From the NCBI GenBank assembly GCA_013239625.1, contig MU053881.1, positions 10,191,957 through 10,255,956 of the forward strand: DNA of 64,000 bases. Reading direction: 5' to 3'. The notes below the pieces were generated by a model. The model searched no databases, had not been told where the DNA came from, and worked only from the letters and a program-made list of their open reading frames with translations. The stretch is from Lama guanicoe. Taxonomy: Eukaryota. Shown here one piece after another: positions 60,880-64,000 of this stretch. The stretch's first letter is position 1; the number at the start of each line of letters is the position of its first letter. The translations under genes were made by a program, and so were the position numbers.

Positions 60880-61700
60880 CAAGTCTTCTCCATTTTGTCC
60901 CATCCTGCCCTTGATTCCTGTTTCCAAAAGACAACTATTCTCTAAGCTTTAACCTATTTTTCAGGGGAGGCAGTGACATTTACCTTCCCATTTCTATACA
61001 CCCTGCTCCTACTGTGCTTTTAGCTGTAATTTTTTTTTTTTCAGTTTTAGGCATCTTCTAATCACTCTCTCCCTTGGAAAGGAGAGATGCATTTTTTTAA
61101 CCACTCTTTCAGCACACACACACACACACCCCACCTCCCTTCCTCCCAGCCTTTTAAAATAGTTGTGTCATAACTTTTTATTGGATTAGTTTTTAAAAAT
61201 TATATCCCATCTGTCAGGCAAATACTAACCACAATAGACACATGTTATATGATACAAACACATTTTTTCATACAGTATTTTGACTTCTCTGAAATTAATA
61301 CTGTCTCGCTTTTTCACCTACCCAGTTTCCCAAGCACGTATCCCTATTTCTTACATAAACACTAAGGTGACTAATAACTCCACTTATTTCTTGCTCTACT
61401 GTGGCCTGTCTGATTTCTGGGCTTGCTGTCCCGTCTTTCTGGTACCTTCCATCAGTACCATCCTGGGCATTCTCATTGCCTCTCTCTCCTGTATGGGGTG
61501 CTCTATTTCATGGATATCCTTCTTGATTATTTCCCTGTCTTAATAGATCACATTCTTCCACAGCTTGGAGGCTGTTACGTTAAGACCCTGCATAGCTGAA
61601 AATGTGTGTGTTCTACTTTACACGCTTGTTTGATATTTTGGACGGATGAGAGATTGCCAATAATTTTCCCTGGATTTTTGTGCTTTTTCTGATCTACTAA
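60880..61700 (-). mobile_element. HAL1/old L1M remnant
   Basis: agaccctgcatagctgaaaatgtgtgtgttctactttacacgcttgtttgatattttgg is typical of antisense HAL1/L1M. Confidence 0.55.
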
Positions 61701-61809
61701 ACCCATCAGCTTCAACTTCCTGCTTTTCAATAATACGATTAAAAATACCTGTATTGTGATCTTTACTGTGGTTTTTAGAAAGGGGAAAGATGTATGCTTG
61801 TATCACTTA

Positions 61810-62220
61810 AGTTACTACCATATGCTTTAGCAGATAAGCCATCGGTAGCATAACACAATGTCAACTTCTTTCTCTCTAACATAAATTACGACTGATGGGT
61901 TTCTTATGCTAGCACCTAAAGGGAAGTTCTGCTCATCCAGGAACCTAGGACCTCTCTTCAGTATGTGAATGGTGTTCATTTCCAGCTAGCAGGTGGGGAA
62001 AGAGACAGAGTGAGTATGGTGAAGAGGTTTTTGTGTGTTTTTATATGTCAGACCAAAGTGGCATGTGTCAGTTTCAAGCACATTTCATTTGCCAGAACTC
62101 GGTCCAGTGGCTATGACTAATATTACAATGATAGTCTAGTGATTGCCTGGGCATAAACAGAAACTTTTTCACTGGGTACATCACTGCTGAAGAAAAGTCT
62201 CATTGTCCTTGCTACCATAA
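61810..62220 (-). mobile_element. MLT1 (J/L-like) MaLR LTR
   Basis: catccaggaacctagg...tttccagctagcagg...aagtggcatgtgtcagtttcaagcacatttcatttgccagaactc. Confidence 0.65.
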
Positions 62221-62419
62221 TTTGACATCACTGGCTATGGGGTTCCATCATAGTAGCATGACAGTAAATTAGGTAACATTTCGTCAGATCGAAAACATGC
62301 CCCTGGTTATGGCTTTGAAAGAGAAATGTCACCTCTATTTTATTCTCTGTGACAGTGTTCAGTTTATCAGATGTATTCAGAAAAGCTAAAGTCATTGAAT
62401 TACCATAAAAACTGTGGCA

Positions 62420-62690
62420 ATGATGATGATGATATTAGTAACATTAACAGATGACATTGGGTTCTAAATCCGCATCTGATCCTATGCTGAGCTCTTTATG
62501 GGCTGTTTCTACTCCGGTTCATACAATAAAACATGAGCTAGGTAATAGTTTTATCCCTGTTTCACAGGTGAGCCACAGAGGGTCTCAGAATTTGATCACA
62601 GTCCTACAGTTAGGATATGCTGGTTTCAAGCCTAGGCCTGTGCTATTGAAAAAGATAACAGTTTTCCCACTATACCATGCTGCTCTGCAT
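62420..62690 (-). mobile_element. MIR
   Basis: tttatccctgtttcacaggtgag...gatcacagtcctacagttagg...gctggtttcaagcctaggc...ccactataccatgctgc. Confidence 0.7.
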
Positions 62691-62841
62691 TATGCCACAG
62701 GAATTTAAACAGAGCCTTATAAAAATGTTCAAGGTATAACGTGTCTTTCTAATCCTCTGTCATTAATAAGCCTTCTCTGACTCAATCAAAAATTTGGATT
62801 TGAGTTATAAGAAGCCAAAGAATAGTTTCAGTATTTCTGAA

Positions 62842-62845
<4 letters not shown>

Positions 62846-62881
<36 letters not shown>
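62846..62881 (+). repeat. (TA)n microsatellite
   Basis: Read directly from the sequence. Confidence 0.97.
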
Positions 62882-62885
<4 letters not shown>

Positions 62886-64000
62886 TTAGTATTTGTTCTT
62901 TATGGTCAAACGACTAAAATTCATAAGTGGCATAAATAATTCGACAATAGCAAGCCCGTTGTGTTTAATGCACGTTCAGTGCTGTAATTTAGTCTCGAAA
63001 ATTGTCCTCTCCGGTAAAGCTGCCAAGCCGAAACAATAAAGGGTTTTAGCTACAAAGTGAAGTTTTCTGGAATTATAATATTCCTTTTGACCTCTGGGAT
63101 GACTAAATGCTATTTAATTCCTTCCCTTTATTCACTACAGCGAAAATGACTTGGAAACATGCTGGAGCAGAGGTAACATTTCCTTTCAAAGCCACAGCCA
63201 GACATTAATACTCTCAGGAGAGGAGGAAGTGCTCTCAAGTTGGTGGTGGAATACGTTATTTACCGTGATGCTACAAATGTCCTTCTCTTCCTGGCTGGCT
63301 TTGCAAAAATCGTGATGTTAACTCTCGAGTCCAGTATTTCAAATTATAGTGACTGGAACAATTACACGCTTTCTTCTGCAGTAGTGTGCTGGAAATTTCA
63401 CCGGGGCTGAAATGGAACTCGTTTGTGACTGGCCGAAGGTTGCTTCTCCCAGAGCAGGATGGTGGCGCCTTTTTCAAAAGGTCTAGCTTTTAGGTTCTGC
63501 TGCTACTAACTACTTTAGGTGAGAAACACGCTAGCTGTCAAACTTCACCCTCCACCCCGCCTTTGAACCAGCTAAAACAGAAATGCCTGAGTAGCTAAGG
63601 TTCTGATTCTTTCTCTTGCCATTTCATAGAGGTGCTAAATGCAAAGCAACCTTTGTGTTCAATCCCCTCTCCTGGCTGATTCAATAGTATTTGATCTGAC
63701 GTGAGGATTTTTAGCTTCTTGACTATACATAGCCCCAGCGTGATCAATACCAAAATGCATCTCCAATCTGGGCTATTTTACAGCCTATTTGCCTAAAGAG
63801 TTTAGATAATGAAATTCACAAGCAGCAAAATCTATAAATGAGTTAGTGACAAAGAGGGTGTGTCACCCAGAGATGTGGATTCTAAGGAGGGATGATACCT
63901 GAAGCTGACTGATAAGGTTTTAAAACCGCCTGCCTGTATCATCAGCAACACAGCCAGCCAGCCCCAGGCAAAAGAAGCAGCCAGAGCTGGCCTCGGCACC

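Noticed and set aside
1..64000. Prokaryotic-style systems (CRISPR arrays, operons, defence islands), tRNA/rRNA/snRNA genes, NUMTs
   Set aside because: None seen; the only tRNA-like sequence is the SINE at ~29.85 kb

Overview
AT-rich mammalian non-coding DNA, either intergenic or deep intronic. A tRNA-derived SINE at ~29.85 kb resembles the camelid Vic-1 family, so the source is probably a camel, alpaca or llama. I found no credible host protein-coding gene, RNA gene, processed pseudogene or NUMT. The ORF track is short chance ORFs, microsatellite translations and LINE ORF2 remnants. Much of the window is old eutherian repeats: L1M, L2, MIR, MaLR/ERVL/ERV1 LTRs, and hAT and Tigger MITEs. Repeat names and boundaries come from remembered consensus sequences and need RepeatMasker/Dfam confirmation. 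The most notable structures are: (1) a ~1 kb CR1/L3 fossil whose ORF2 motifs are still readable; (2) a 57/59-bp inverted repeat bracketing an L1 fragment, with one arm starting at the L1 5' truncation point; (3) a nested MER20 > ERV1 LTR > (GGAA)25 arrangement; (4) a cluster of K50-homeodomain (OTX/CRX/PITX-type) sites near a small CpG cluster at 9.2-10.0 kb; (5) a near-consensus CTCF motif. The sequence alone does not support a new multi-gene system. The best leads are regulatory or mechanistic.
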